A stretch of DNA of 64,000 nt from an uncultured Bacteriovoracaceae bacterium. Its GTDB lineage: Bacteria; Bdellovibrionota; Bacteriovoracia; Bacteriovoracales; Bacteriovoracaceae. Numbering within the stretch: the stretch's first letter is position 1; the number at the start of each line of letters is the position of its first letter. Under the pieces are notes generated by a model. The model saw nothing but the letters and a program-made list of their open reading frames with translations. It searched no databases and was not told the origin of the DNA. Position numbers and translations under genes: made by a program. The stretch spans positions 64,001-128,000 of the forward strand of contig CAXGUD010000003.1 of assembly GCA_964012805.1 (NCBI GenBank), written 5' to 3'. Of the stretch, positions 19,781-29,934 are shown in pieces.

Positions 19781-20482
19781 CTACCAAGGCAACCTTTCCC
19801 CTTCTAGGTTATAAAAGCAGCCTGATTGAGATAAATCTGATTTCAAAATGACTTTTAATAACTTTTGAGCTGATTCTTGAGGCTGAATAGGAGCATCTTC
19901 TCCACCCATCCGTGTTTTTACCCATCCAGGGTGGAGGTTGAGTGTTACCATATCGGGGAACTCTAAAGAAAGGTTTTTACTAAACATATTAAGTCCTGCT
20001 TTAGAAATTCTGTAATCATAAGATGAAGAGAATGCTGCATTAAATTGAATAGAGCCTAAAATACTTGAAATATTGGCGACTTTGGGATTTTCACTATTCA
20101 TTAAATAGGGCAAAAGAGCTTGAGTGACCAGGATTGGTCCCAATAGGTTGACTTGAATTGAGTCATTTAAGTTTTCTCTAGAGAGTCTTTCTATCGCAGG
20201 TTCGACTTCTCTGTGGTAAACGCCTGCATTGTTTATAAGAATGTCTAAAGTAAGGTCTTTTGGGACATGTTGAACAATCTGCTCTTTAACATTTTCTTGG
20301 GTCACATCGAGTTTAATTAGATGAAGTTTTTGATGAAATTGTTTTTTTAAATCTTTGACTCCATTTACGTCCTCATTATTTAGGTTTCTAACAGTTCCGT
20401 AAACTTCCATCTTTTCCTGTAGCATGGCTTCCGCTAACGCTAACCCAATACCTCTGCTAATACCTGTAATGAAAACTTTCAC
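19781..20482 (-). CDS. Short-chain dehydrogenase/reductase, CsgA (C-factor)-like
   Basis: ITGISRGIG, LINNAG, YRISKAGLNM, LHPGWVKTRMGG. Confidence 0.88.
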   Translation of the reverse strand: MKVFITGISRGIGLALAEAMLQEKMEVYGTVRNLNNEDVNGVKDLKKQFHQKLHLIKLDVTQENVKEQIVQHVPKDLTLDILINNAGVYHREVEPAIERLSRENLNDSIQVNLLGPILVTQALLPYLMNSENPKVANISSILGSIQFNAAFSSSYDYRISKAGLNMFSKNLSLEFPDMVTLNLHPGWVKTRMGGEDAPIQPQESAQKLLKVILKSDLSQSGCFYNLEGERLPW

Positions 20483-20696
20483 TTAATAGTCCTTTTTCGT
20501 GCAAATATTTTAATAACTTTTATAATTTTCTTTCTTTAAGGAAAGCTCCTATTATTAATACTTGTCAATGCTAAACTTATTAGTCTAACGAATTTTTTAC
20601 AAATATAGTAAAACAGTTAAAATTACATTATAGGCTTCAGGAACGAGCTATTTTTATAAGAGAACGCTATAAAGCATTTGATTTTTTCTAAAGGAT

Positions 20697-21995
20697 TTGA
20701 AAAAAATGAAAACGACTTCCTTACTTTTATTCTTATTGGTCTCAGTTAGTATCGAAGCCAGTTGTCCTGGTAAAAACTCTCTTCCTTGCAAATCCTATAA
20801 TCAAGAAAAAAATATCTATCAAGCAAGGTATAAAAAAAGAAATTTCATCTATGAGGGAGTCTTAAATCAAAGTTATAAAGATTTAAAGCCTTATGAAAAG
20901 CAAGGGGTCCTTTGGCAAGAAATAGTTAAATCCGAGATTTCACCTAGTACCAATCTATGGGATTCTTCCTTTATTTTAAAAGGGCTAGGAGGAAGGCACG
21001 GTGTGAGTCATTCTCTTCACGCTTGGGCTTTTGAGACTGACGCTATTAAGCCAGGTGGAAAAAAAAAGGGTAAGTCAGTTAAGTTTACTCATACTCATGG
21101 CGTTGTCGCTAAGTGTAACTTTGTTATTAAAATAAAAAATAAGAAGGCTTTTCAACATTATACTGGTTTATTTAGTCTTGATAAAAATACAAATAAAATA
21201 CCTTGCTTGATTAGGCTTTCTATTTTGAATATGCAAGACTTTGGGCCAGGCGTTGCCATCAAGTTATTTCAGGAAAAAGGTCCTTCCATCAATAACCATT
21301 TCCTCTATAGACTCGAGGGTTTTAGGCCTAAGGAAATAAAAAATTTTTTTTCTCATATGTTAAGGACTGAGCTTCCCGTTATGGATTTCGATGGAAAAAA
21401 CATCATTACAAAAATGTTTCAGGAAGCGAAAGAAGCAGCTCTTAACCGTTATCTTCCAAAAAGGTTAAGCCCAACAGTTGTCGCAACAGAGCATCTATCT
21501 CCAAAATTAAATCAGATTGCTCCGAAAGATAAATCTTTTAGAAAGTTTGGTGGTTATGAGGGAGGAGTATTCCATCGCCCTCTTCATGTAAATGCAGGGC
21601 ACCCAAATATTTTAAAACCTCTGTATCCTAGGCATTTGGCACTGGTGAGTGAGGGAGCGCTTAATTTGATTAAGGGTGACCCAAAGGAGAAGTCCTTTAA
21701 GCGAAATATGGGAGTAAAGGGTTTTAGGAAGCATTTAATTCGGTATGGTAAAGCTTTAAGAAGTAAAAATTGGCCTCTCTATAAGGTCTATGCTCAACAT
21801 AAATTTATGCCTTGCCATGATAATCCTAAAGAAAATGATAAAGAGCCTTTTTGCACATATATTAAAGACCACACTTTTAAAGTAAGAAATAAGGGCATGA
21901 GTAATGTTGATCAATATGCAGAAGTTTACCTAACAAGTGATTTTAAGGCTTCAGCATTTGGAGATAAATACCTCAATTTTCAACATACGTTTTAG
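20697..21995 (+). CDS. Secreted protein with heme catalase-like fold motifs
   Basis: Signal peptide; KFTHTHGVVAK, YTGLF, LIRLS, PGVAIKLF, C-terminal LTSDF..SAFGD..LNFQH. Confidence 0.55.
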   Translation: MKKMKTTSLLLFLLVSVSIEASCPGKNSLPCKSYNQEKNIYQARYKKRNFIYEGVLNQSYKDLKPYEKQGVLWQEIVKSEISPSTNLWDSSFILKGLGGRHGVSHSLHAWAFETDAIKPGGKKKGKSVKFTHTHGVVAKCNFVIKIKNKKAFQHYTGLFSLDKNTNKIPCLIRLSILNMQDFGPGVAIKLFQEKGPSINNHFLYRLEGFRPKEIKNFFSHMLRTELPVMDFDGKNIITKMFQEAKEAALNRYLPKRLSPTVVATEHLSPKLNQIAPKDKSFRKFGGYEGGVFHRPLHVNAGHPNILKPLYPRHLALVSEGALNLIKGDPKEKSFKRNMGVKGFRKHLIRYGKALRSKNWPLYKVYAQHKFMPCHDNPKENDKEPFCTYIKDHTFKVRNKGMSNVDQYAEVYLTSDFKASAFGDKYLNFQHTF

Positions 21996-22028
21996 TCCAG
22001 GGTTTTAATAAACTCATAACTTATAATG

Positions 22029-23354
22029 TTATGAGTAGGATTTTTCAGTTCTTTCTAGGGTATCCTCAAAATGTTTAAGAAAGACCTCTTTAAGGTCTGC
22101 ATTTTTAAAATCTCTAATATCTGCACTGATTTCCTTTTTATTCAAGAGCTCCTTCAGCGCTTTAGAAAAGTTTTCCGGAGAGGAAAGGTTTTTAGGCTTA
22201 AAAGCCACTTCTTGAAGAATAGGGTAGAGCTCTTCTCGTGTTAAGGGTGTTTTTTTAATAAGTTCGTGTAAATAAAATGAAGAAAGGTAAATCGATGTTT
22301 CTTTAACTCGTTTTTCTAAAACATCTTCGTGAATAACAATATTTTGTAAGGTTGAATTAAGCCTTTTAAGAGAATAGTAAAGAATTCCAAAATTATCTGG
22401 CAGAAAGATTCTTTCGGCGCTTGAGTGAGAAATATCTCTTTCATGCCAAAGGGGGATATTTTCCAGGGCCATGGAGACATGACTTCTTAAAATCCGCGCC
22501 ATACCCGTAAGGTTCTCACCAGAAATAGGATTTTTTTTGTGTGGCATGATAGAAGAGCCTTTTTGACCTTTTGAGAAGCCTTCGTGGACTTCTTGAATTT
22601 CTGACCGGTGAAGGTGTCTTATTTCAACTGCAACTCTCTCTATGGCAGAGCCAAGAAGGGCGTGGATGCTAATTAACTTGGCCACGCGGTCTCTAGGAAT
22701 AACTTGGCTTGAAACGGGTTCCCTCTTCAGGTCTAAATGGTTTAGTGCCGATTTCTCTACTTCTGGTGAAATTAAAGTGTAATTTCCAACGGCGCCAGAG
22801 AATTGACCTGTCAGCTCATTTTCAAAGAAGAGTTCTAAGTCCTTTAAGCGGCGGGAGCACTCAGCATAAAAACTGAGCCATTTTTGGCCAAAACTCATCG
22901 GTTCAGCATACATGCCATGAGAGCGTCCCATGGAGAGCGTTTCTTTCGATTTATGAGAAAGCTCTAGGAGTGTCGAGCAGACCTCCTTCAGTGCGGGAAT
23001 TGTTAATTTAAGGGCCTCTTTGATCTGTAGAGTAAGGGCCGTGTCAATGATATCAGAAGAGGTTACCCCAAAGTGGAAGTATTTTGAAATATTGTCGGGC
23101 ATTTGTTCTGTGATAGAGGAACAAAAAGCTATGACGTCATGTTTTGTTTTGGCTTCAATTTCTTCAATTCGAGCGACATTGATTTTTAGAGAGGGAGAAG
23201 TTTTCTCAGTAATCCCTTTTTCCAGAAGACCATGATCTTCCCAAGCTTTAAGTAGTGCCAACTCAGCTTTTAAAAAGCATTCGAACTTAAACTCGTCTGT
23301 CCAAAGACGAGACATCTCTTGTTTGTCATATCTGGATATCATTGAACCTCCCAA
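22029..23354 (-). CDS. purB: Adenylosuccinate lyase
   Basis: HDVIAF, HFGVTSSD, GRSHGMYAEP, GSSIMPHKKNPI, WHERDISHSSAER; start may be the second Met (MISRY). Confidence 0.97.
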   Translation of the reverse strand: MGGSMISRYDKQEMSRLWTDEFKFECFLKAELALLKAWEDHGLLEKGITEKTSPSLKINVARIEEIEAKTKHDVIAFCSSITEQMPDNISKYFHFGVTSSDIIDTALTLQIKEALKLTIPALKEVCSTLLELSHKSKETLSMGRSHGMYAEPMSFGQKWLSFYAECSRRLKDLELFFENELTGQFSGAVGNYTLISPEVEKSALNHLDLKREPVSSQVIPRDRVAKLISIHALLGSAIERVAVEIRHLHRSEIQEVHEGFSKGQKGSSIMPHKKNPISGENLTGMARILRSHVSMALENIPLWHERDISHSSAERIFLPDNFGILYYSLKRLNSTLQNIVIHEDVLEKRVKETSIYLSSFYLHELIKKTPLTREELYPILQEVAFKPKNLSSPENFSKALKELLNKKEISADIRDFKNADLKEVFLKHFEDTLERTEKSYS

Positions 23355-23371
23355 GAGGCCTCACCTAAGGG

Positions 23372-24142
23372 TTAATAGTAGAGAGTAAGATCTAATCCAA
23401 AAGTCAGTGATGTAAGGATTAGGGCCCTATCTCCAGTTGTCTCATCTTGAGTCAGGGCGGGTCTTCTTACTGAGGCCAAATCGTAAGCCATTTTTAAACC
23501 ATAATGAATAGTTTTACCAACTCTTTGGTGAAGTCCATAAGCAGCTTTGATTCCTGGGCCAACGAATGGACCACTTATACTAGAAGATGACAGCTGGTTA
23601 TAGGTTAGGTAACCGCTTATAGTTTCGAAAAAGGTATTTGAGTCAATAAAATGTTGAATCAGAGAGCTTCTCAGGCCAAAACCGAACCCTCCAGATATAA
23701 GAGACCCGTTAAGACTGGAAGCGTTATCTAGGTCACTCAAAATTTCAAGGTTGGCATTCACCACAGAGCCAAAGATTTCAAAATGGCTTCCACTAGCAAA
23801 CTTAAACCCGTATACAAATTCTCCTCCCATTATTTTAGTTAACTTCACTGGGTTAGCATTCAAAAGTATGCCTATCGTGTAACGGTGGTCATCACTCATC
23901 GTGTTGTAAGTTGCCTCATCAATTCCAGTCTCAGTATCAGTTTCAATGATATCGACACCATGAAGAAAGCCTTTTTCTAGTTCAACCAGCTTCATTTTAT
24001 TTCTTTCTGAGAAGCCTTTATAAAGATCCTCAGTTTTTTGAATAGGAAGGTGAGAGCTTGAAAAAGCTATTTTTGAAAAAATAAGGGCATATAAAAAAAT
24101 GATTTTCAGGTATCTTTTAATAGTTTTCTGAAAGTCCATCAC
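23372..24142 (-). CDS. Putative outer-membrane beta-barrel protein
   Basis: Signal peptide, alternating amphipathic strands, C-terminal FGLDLTLYY; 4-nt overlap with the TolC gene. Confidence 0.6.
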   Translation of the reverse strand: MMDFQKTIKRYLKIIFLYALIFSKIAFSSSHLPIQKTEDLYKGFSERNKMKLVELEKGFLHGVDIIETDTETGIDEATYNTMSDDHRYTIGILLNANPVKLTKIMGGEFVYGFKFASGSHFEIFGSVVNANLEILSDLDNASSLNGSLISGGFGFGLRSSLIQHFIDSNTFFETISGYLTYNQLSSSSISGPFVGPGIKAAYGLHQRVGKTIHYGLKMAYDLASVRRPALTQDETTGDRALILTSLTFGLDLTLYY

Positions 24143-25644
24143 TCTTCTCCTTTATTCTTTGAAAGAAGAGAAATATTTTCTCCGGGAATAAAAGGAACAC
24201 CGATGAGAGAGGCAAGGTTAAACTTTCTTTGGAGGTGTTCATTTAAATAGAGTTCTAATTTTTTTTGAGTTGAGAGCAGTCTATCCAAAGACTTTTTAAA
24301 TTGAATGAGCTGAGTCTTACTTTGTCTATAGTTTTCCAGAGTTTCTCCAAAGGTCTTATCACAGTTTTTTACTTGGGCCTTAAGAAGTGGGATCATTTTT
24401 TGCAAAAACAGCAGGCGTTCATACGACTGAGATAAGTTCCTCTTGAGAGACTTTTTTTGTTGCTTAAGTTCTTGATAAGCTATTGACTGATTTAATGATT
24501 TTTTCTCGAGAGTTCTCTGATTGAAAAAGCCTCCTTCACCAAGAAGACTCCAGGAAGCATTTAAAGTTGCAACAAGGTCAATGTTAGAGTTTCCTGACTC
24601 TGTTTCAAACTTCATAACGCTTTCTTTTTTTCCAAAGAAGTAATGGTAGCTTCCTAGGTTGATGCTAATTTTTGGTAGGGGAAGGTTATCTCTAAAGCTT
24701 TTTTCATAGTCCCTTTGAGAATTGGCAAGGGTTGACCTGGCCTTCCTAAGTTCTGGGTTAGATTCAAGGGAAAGTTCGAGAGCGACTTGAAGAGGAGTGT
24801 CAATTTTTTTAAAGACTAGATCACTTTTTAAAACATAGACTGTCCCCGGCTGATCTCCAAGTAAAGAAGCGAGGTTATTATTAAAAGACCTGGCTTTATG
24901 AAAACTTTCTTGAAAAAGTTCCTGAAGTTCTAAGTAATGACTTCTGGATTCCAGGAATTCCTGTTCTGTAATTTTTTTAAAATTTAACCTTTCTCTATTT
25001 AACCTGTAGATAAAAGAGGAAAAACGCAGACCCTTTTTTGATATTTTTGCTAACTTCTTAAGAGTTAAGAGATTGAAATAGGTTGTAATGATATCCTTTT
25101 CTAATTGGTTTCGTTTTACTTTTAAGTCCTCTTTATTTCTTTTATAATCTTCCTTTATATTGAGAAAGTCCAAATAGTCCTTTCCCCAATTGAATAAAGT
25201 GTAGTTTTCAATGGTAAGTCCGAGAGAGCCCTTGGGAAACTTGTCAGGTCTTGTTGAATTGTTCTGGCCAATAGAAAGTGTTCCAATCCTCTGTGGATTT
25301 GTTTCGGCTTTTATTTTTATTTCTGGCCACCAAAATTTATCCCTTTGATCAGCGTAATTTATATCAAGAATATCTTCCATGTTACTTCTTATTTTTTCAC
25401 TTTGATTATTAAGAAGACCTTGAGAAACCGCTTCTTGTAAACTTAAATGTTTGAACATTTCCTTAAAGGCAAAAAGACTTTTCTCGCTTTTTAGAATATT
25501 AGATGATTCAAGAGGATAGGGCTTTTCATTAATCGTTTCATTTGCTTTTAAATAAAAAGGCTTGTTTAAAGCAGCAATCATTAAGAAGCATGCAAAAAAA
25601 AGATAGGATTGAGAGAAAAAGGAATAATAAGATTTATTTTTCAT
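24139..25644 (-). CDS. TolC-family outer-membrane efflux protein
   Basis: Signal peptide, LSLQEAV, two OEP repeats (YTLFNWG...TTYFNL; NPEL...LPKIS...SWSL). Confidence 0.85.
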   Translation of the reverse strand: MKNKSYYSFFSQSYLFFACFLMIAALNKPFYLKANETINEKPYPLESSNILKSEKSLFAFKEMFKHLSLQEAVSQGLLNNQSEKIRSNMEDILDINYADQRDKFWWPEIKIKAETNPQRIGTLSIGQNNSTRPDKFPKGSLGLTIENYTLFNWGKDYLDFLNIKEDYKRNKEDLKVKRNQLEKDIITTYFNLLTLKKLAKISKKGLRFSSFIYRLNRERLNFKKITEQEFLESRSHYLELQELFQESFHKARSFNNNLASLLGDQPGTVYVLKSDLVFKKIDTPLQVALELSLESNPELRKARSTLANSQRDYEKSFRDNLPLPKISINLGSYHYFFGKKESVMKFETESGNSNIDLVATLNASWSLLGEGGFFNQRTLEKKSLNQSIAYQELKQQKKSLKRNLSQSYERLLFLQKMIPLLKAQVKNCDKTFGETLENYRQSKTQLIQFKKSLDRLLSTQKKLELYLNEHLQRKFNLASLIGVPFIPGENISLLSKNKGEE

Positions 25645-25743
25645 CCGAAAAGTCTAAATCATCTTTGAGGTTGTGTGAAGTTTCAGAAATTAAATTTTTT
25701 TAAATGATTAAAATAACGCTAAGCTGTTAAAAAAGGTTTTAGA

Positions 25744-26958
25744 GTGATCGAGTTATTAAAAAAACATAAAGATATTTTTTTATTTTCATTTTTAATTATG
25801 TTTTTTTCAGGTTTTGGTCAGTCGTTTTTACTAGGTCAGTATTTTTTCCATATAAAAAAAGACCTCCTCTTAACAGGAACTGATCTTAGTATCGCTTATT
25901 CTTTAGGAACTTTAGCAGCAAGTTTTAATCTATCCACAATTGGATCAATTATTGACAAGTGGAGCTGGAAGAAAAGTACTCTTGTCACAGTCAGCTTTAT
26001 TTTTTTAGGACAATTGATTCTATCTCAAGCAAATTCACTTCTATTTCTTTTTTTGGGTTTTTACGTTCTCCGTTGTTTCGGGCAGATGACATTAAGTTCC
26101 ATTGCTGCAACTTTGATTGGAAAAGTTTTTGGAGGTCATCGGGGAAAGTTTAATACAATGGCCTACTATGGAAGGAGCTTGGCAGAAGGTATTCTTCCAA
26201 GTTTTGTTGCTTTTTTGATCTCTGTTGTCATGTGGAGGAATAGTTTTATCTTATCTGGTTTTTTTATCCTCATCATTATGGTTCCAACAACACTTCTTTT
26301 AGCAGATAGAATTGGGAAATCACCAATTTATGCTGATAAAAATAGGTTAAAAAATACCTCACCGACAAAAAATATGAGTTGGAAAGATCTTCTTTCTAAA
26401 GAGAAGAAAGCTTTTTTCATGATGTTAGGGTTTACAGCTTTGCCTTTTATCTTAACTGGAATTTTTATACAGCAAGGTGACTTAGTTGAAAGCCGGGGCT
26501 TCGAAATGAAAGATGCAGCTTTAGGCTTCGTCTTTTTTTCTTGTTTTCAAATTATAGGAAACACTATTTTCGGTTTTTTGGTTGATAGGTTTGGTGCTTT
26601 CAACTTAGTTCTTTTCCTTCCTCTTTTTCTGTCTGTGGCTATTTTTTTATTAATGACAGGAAGTTCTCTTCAGCTTTTTTTTATAGCTTTTGGATTTTTG
26701 GGTTTTTCTGTGGGGGTTCAGAACTCTGTTGTTAATGCTTTTTGGGCGGAAGCTTATGGTACACGCTGTCTGGGAAGGATTAAGGGAATGGATTCAACTA
26801 TGGTTGTGTTAAGTACTTCCCTTGCTCCACTAGTCTTCTCTTTTCTTTTAGATCAAGGATTTTCGTTTTCATTTGTTATGGGAATGTGTCTAGGATTACT
26901 TGGAGTTTCTTTAATTACACTTTTTTTGGGAATTCGAATGTTTAAGTTTTCAAGTTAA
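25744..26958 (+). CDS. MFS transporter
   Basis: About 12 TM segments, SGFGQS, GSIIDKW, GFLVDRFG motif A, EAYGT..LGRIKG. Confidence 0.9.
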   Translation: MIELLKKHKDIFLFSFLIMFFSGFGQSFLLGQYFFHIKKDLLLTGTDLSIAYSLGTLAASFNLSTIGSIIDKWSWKKSTLVTVSFIFLGQLILSQANSLLFLFLGFYVLRCFGQMTLSSIAATLIGKVFGGHRGKFNTMAYYGRSLAEGILPSFVAFLISVVMWRNSFILSGFFILIIMVPTTLLLADRIGKSPIYADKNRLKNTSPTKNMSWKDLLSKEKKAFFMMLGFTALPFILTGIFIQQGDLVESRGFEMKDAALGFVFFSCFQIIGNTIFGFLVDRFGAFNLVLFLPLFLSVAIFLLMTGSSLQLFFIAFGFLGFSVGVQNSVVNAFWAEAYGTRCLGRIKGMDSTMVVLSTSLAPLVFSFLLDQGFSFSFVMGMCLGLLGVSLITLFLGIRMFKFSS

Positions 26959-27332
26959 AGAATAACTCCTGGGCAACCAGTTCTTACAACTTCTTCGTCT
27001 TCCCTATTTATTTTTTGCCTTAAAAGACTGATTTCTAAATTTATTTCATAATGATTTTTTTTAAGCTTTTTTCTAAGGGTTTCTTTTTCTGGAGTTAGGT
27101 TTTTTTGAAGGTTAAGGTTTCTTCTAGAAAGCGCCATAAGCTTAAGTTTGTGGCGGATTCTTTCCTTCCTCCTTTTCAATAAAACTTCGCACCTTCTCGA
27201 GAGACTGGGGTCTGTAACAACACTTCTCTCAGGAAGAAGTCTTTCTTTTGAAAAGAGGAGAGATGGGACAAAGCAAAATAAAGAAATAGTGAGGAATAGG
27301 CAGGATATTTTAGCATGTTCATGACTCATCAT
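26955..27332 (-). CDS. Hypothetical exported coiled-coil protein
   Basis: Signal-like N-terminus, basic helical body, ends GCPGVIL; GGGAG upstream. Confidence 0.65.
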   Translation of the reverse strand: MMSHEHAKISCLFLTISLFCFVPSLLFSKERLLPERSVVTDPSLSRRCEVLLKRRKERIRHKLKLMALSRRNLNLQKNLTPEKETLRKKLKKNHYEINLEISLLRQKINREDEEVVRTGCPGVIL

Positions 27333-27451
27333 GGACTCAAACTCCCGTTTTAGATAGGGGGGAAGCCTCTTGTGTTTTGCATTATATCACTACTTTGCCA
27401 AAAAAAAGAGGAAGTGGTAAGTTCTTCCTGGCCAAGCCCAAGTGAGAAAAA

Positions 27452-28273
27452 ATGACCTCTAAAAATATTCTTATTTTAATTCCGGCCCGTTATCAATCCT
27501 CCCGTTTTCCGGGAAAGCCTCTTGCTCCCATCGCTGGTAAAACGATGATCCAAAGAGTCTATGAAAATTGTCAGAGAGCTGAAGAGACAGAGATAGCTAA
27601 AAAGGAAGGGTTAAGTATTCATGTCGGCGTGGTTACCGATAATGATAAAATTGAAGAGCATGTCAAAAGTTTTAATGGAAATGTATACAGGGTTGATGAT
27701 GATGTCCCTTCTGGCTCTGAAAGAATATACCTCGCATATAAAAGGTATTTCGAGGAAAAAGAAAGAGTTGACCTTCTTATAAATGTACAAGGAGATGAGC
27801 CTCTTCTCAATCCTAAAAGAGTTTCGAATCTTGCAGCTTTTCATTTGCACTCAACGTTCGATGTGGCGACATTGGTAAAGCCTATGATAGGCTCCGTTGA
27901 TCGTTGGAAATGTCCTAACTCTGTCAAAACAATTTTTGTTAAACAATCTAATAAGTGTCTTTATTTTTCGAGGGCCCCAATTCCTTTTAAAAGGTCTAAT
28001 GGTAAGCCTGATAACTTAAAAGAAGCTATGGAAGAAAGTTCGTTACTTTGGCATTTGCATATTGGGGTCTACTCTTACAAGTTAGGAGGGCTTAGGTCCT
28101 TCAATGAAATGGACTCTTCTTATTATGAAAACTCCGAACAATTGGAACAATTAAGAGCGCTTGAAATGGGTCTTGAAATAGGGGCCATAGAGGTTAATGA
28201 CAATTTGGTCGGAGTTGATACTCCGGAAGACATCCAAAGGGTGGAAGGGTTGATTCTTGACAAAGAAACTTGA
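27452..28273 (+). CDS. kdsB: 3-deoxy-manno-octulosonate cytidylyltransferase
   Basis: IPARYQSSRFPGKPL, SGSERI, INVQGDEP, YFSRAPIP, HIGVY, EQLEQLRALE, GVDTPED. Confidence 0.97.
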   Translation: MTSKNILILIPARYQSSRFPGKPLAPIAGKTMIQRVYENCQRAEETEIAKKEGLSIHVGVVTDNDKIEEHVKSFNGNVYRVDDDVPSGSERIYLAYKRYFEEKERVDLLINVQGDEPLLNPKRVSNLAAFHLHSTFDVATLVKPMIGSVDRWKCPNSVKTIFVKQSNKCLYFSRAPIPFKRSNGKPDNLKEAMEESSLLWHLHIGVYSYKLGGLRSFNEMDSSYYENSEQLEQLRALEMGLEIGAIEVNDNLVGVDTPEDIQRVEGLILDKET

Positions 28274-29867
28274 AAAGAAATTTATTTTTTTTACCGGCGG
28301 TGTGGCCAGTTCTTTAGGAAAAGGATTGGCAGCAGCCTCCCTTGGAGCGCTTCTTGAGAGGCGTGGTATAAAAATAAATATGCTTAAAATGGATCCTTAT
28401 ATAAATGTTGATCCTGGGACAATGAGTCCTACGCAGCATGGAGAAGTTTTTGTAACCGATGACGGCGCTGAAACTGACTTGGATTTAGGGCATTATGAAA
28501 GATTTACTTCACTTACTTTGAGAAAATCCTCTAACTTCACGACCGGGCAGGTTTATCTTGAGGTTATAGAAAATGAAAGAAGAGGTAAATATCTTGGCAA
28601 AACTGTCCAGGTTGTTCCCCACATTACTAATGAAATAAAACGAAGAATACATGTTGCTGCAGAGGATGCTGACCTTTTGATAGGTGAGATTGGGGGGACG
28701 GTAGGTGATATTGAATCTCAACCTTTTCTTGAATCGATCAGGCAATTTTCTAATGATGTTGGGCCAGAAAATGTCCTATTTGTCCATCTTGTATTGATCC
28801 CCTATATTAAAGCTGCCGGGGAGCTCAAGTCAAAACCTGCACAGCATTCTGTGAAAGAGTTGCGCTCTATAGGTCTTTTTCCTCAAATAATTATTTGCCG
28901 ATCAGAAAAAGAACCAGAAAAGGGAATGATTGAAAAATTGAGCCTTTTTTGTAATGTCAGGAAAGATCAAATCTTTTTATCAAGTGACCTTGATTCTATT
29001 TATAAGTTACCCCTTAATTTTCATGAACAGGGCTTAGATGACAAGGTCGCAGAACTTCTTGGCATGTGGACCACAAGACCTAACATTCAAGATCTGGAGA
29101 AAGTTGTCTACAACGTGGAACACCCATTGAAGGTTGTTAAGATTGCGATCGTGGGAAAATATACAGACTTGGTTGAGTCTTATAAATCTTTGGCCGAAGC
29201 TCTTCAGCATGGATGTATTTCCCAGCAATTGAAACTAGAGCCCATTTTTATTGACGCAGAAAATTCTTTAAAAAATGAATCTGATCTTAAAGAGTTCTTT
29301 CATGGCGTTCATGGAATTCTAGTCCCGGGAGGTTTTGGCTCAAGGGGAACCGAAGGAAAAATTAGGGCCATTCATTACGCGAGGACAAATGGGATCCCAT
29401 TTCTTGGTATTTGCCTGGGTATGCAATTGGCCATGGTAGAGTATGGGCGCCACAAAGTGGGCTTAGCGAATTCCAACTCTGAAGAGTTTACTAATGAGGG
29501 GGATTTAGTTGTCCATTATATGGAAGGACAAGAGAAAGATGGGCCGAAGGGCGGAAATATGAGGTTAGGGGCTTATCAATGTAAGCTCAAAAAAGGCTCT
29601 TTGGTTGAAAAAATTTATGGAAAAATGGAAGTGTTTGAAAGGCACCGTCACAGGCTTGAAGTTAACAATTCTTATGTTGAAAAGTTTGAGAAGGCAGGGA
29701 TAGTTGTTTCGGGAAGAAATGATTCTCATGGGCTTGTTGAAATTATTGAGATTCCTAACCATCCTTTTTTTGTTGCGTGTCAATTTCATCCTGAGTTTAA
29801 ATCAAGACCTTACTCCCCACACCCTTTGTTTAAAGGTTTTATTGAGTCTTCTTCCTCTCAATCTTGA
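28257..29867 (+). CDS. pyrG: CTP synthase
   Basis: TGGVASSLGKG, DPYINVDPGTMSP, VPGGFG, GICLGMQ, ERHRHR, QFHPEF. Confidence 0.98.
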   Translation: MTKKLEKKFIFFTGGVASSLGKGLAAASLGALLERRGIKINMLKMDPYINVDPGTMSPTQHGEVFVTDDGAETDLDLGHYERFTSLTLRKSSNFTTGQVYLEVIENERRGKYLGKTVQVVPHITNEIKRRIHVAAEDADLLIGEIGGTVGDIESQPFLESIRQFSNDVGPENVLFVHLVLIPYIKAAGELKSKPAQHSVKELRSIGLFPQIIICRSEKEPEKGMIEKLSLFCNVRKDQIFLSSDLDSIYKLPLNFHEQGLDDKVAELLGMWTTRPNIQDLEKVVYNVEHPLKVVKIAIVGKYTDLVESYKSLAEALQHGCISQQLKLEPIFIDAENSLKNESDLKEFFHGVHGILVPGGFGSRGTEGKIRAIHYARTNGIPFLGICLGMQLAMVEYGRHKVGLANSNSEEFTNEGDLVVHYMEGQEKDGPKGGNMRLGAYQCKLKKGSLVEKIYGKMEVFERHRHRLEVNNSYVEKFEKAGIVVSGRNDSHGLVEIIEIPNHPFFVACQFHPEFKSRPYSPHPLFKGFIESSSSQS

Positions 29868-29934
29868 TTTGATTCTGTGTTTAATAGGGTGTACAACCTT
29901 TGTTATTCTCAGATTCTTTTTCAGGAAAATAGTG

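Noticed and set aside
19781..20482. Myxococcus-type C-signalling via the CsgA-like SDR
   Set aside because: This SDR subfamily is widespread and nothing in the context supports a signalling role
29704..29934. N-terminal extension of kdsA in the ORF track
   Set aside because: Overlaps pyrG; RBS and homology favour ATG 29935
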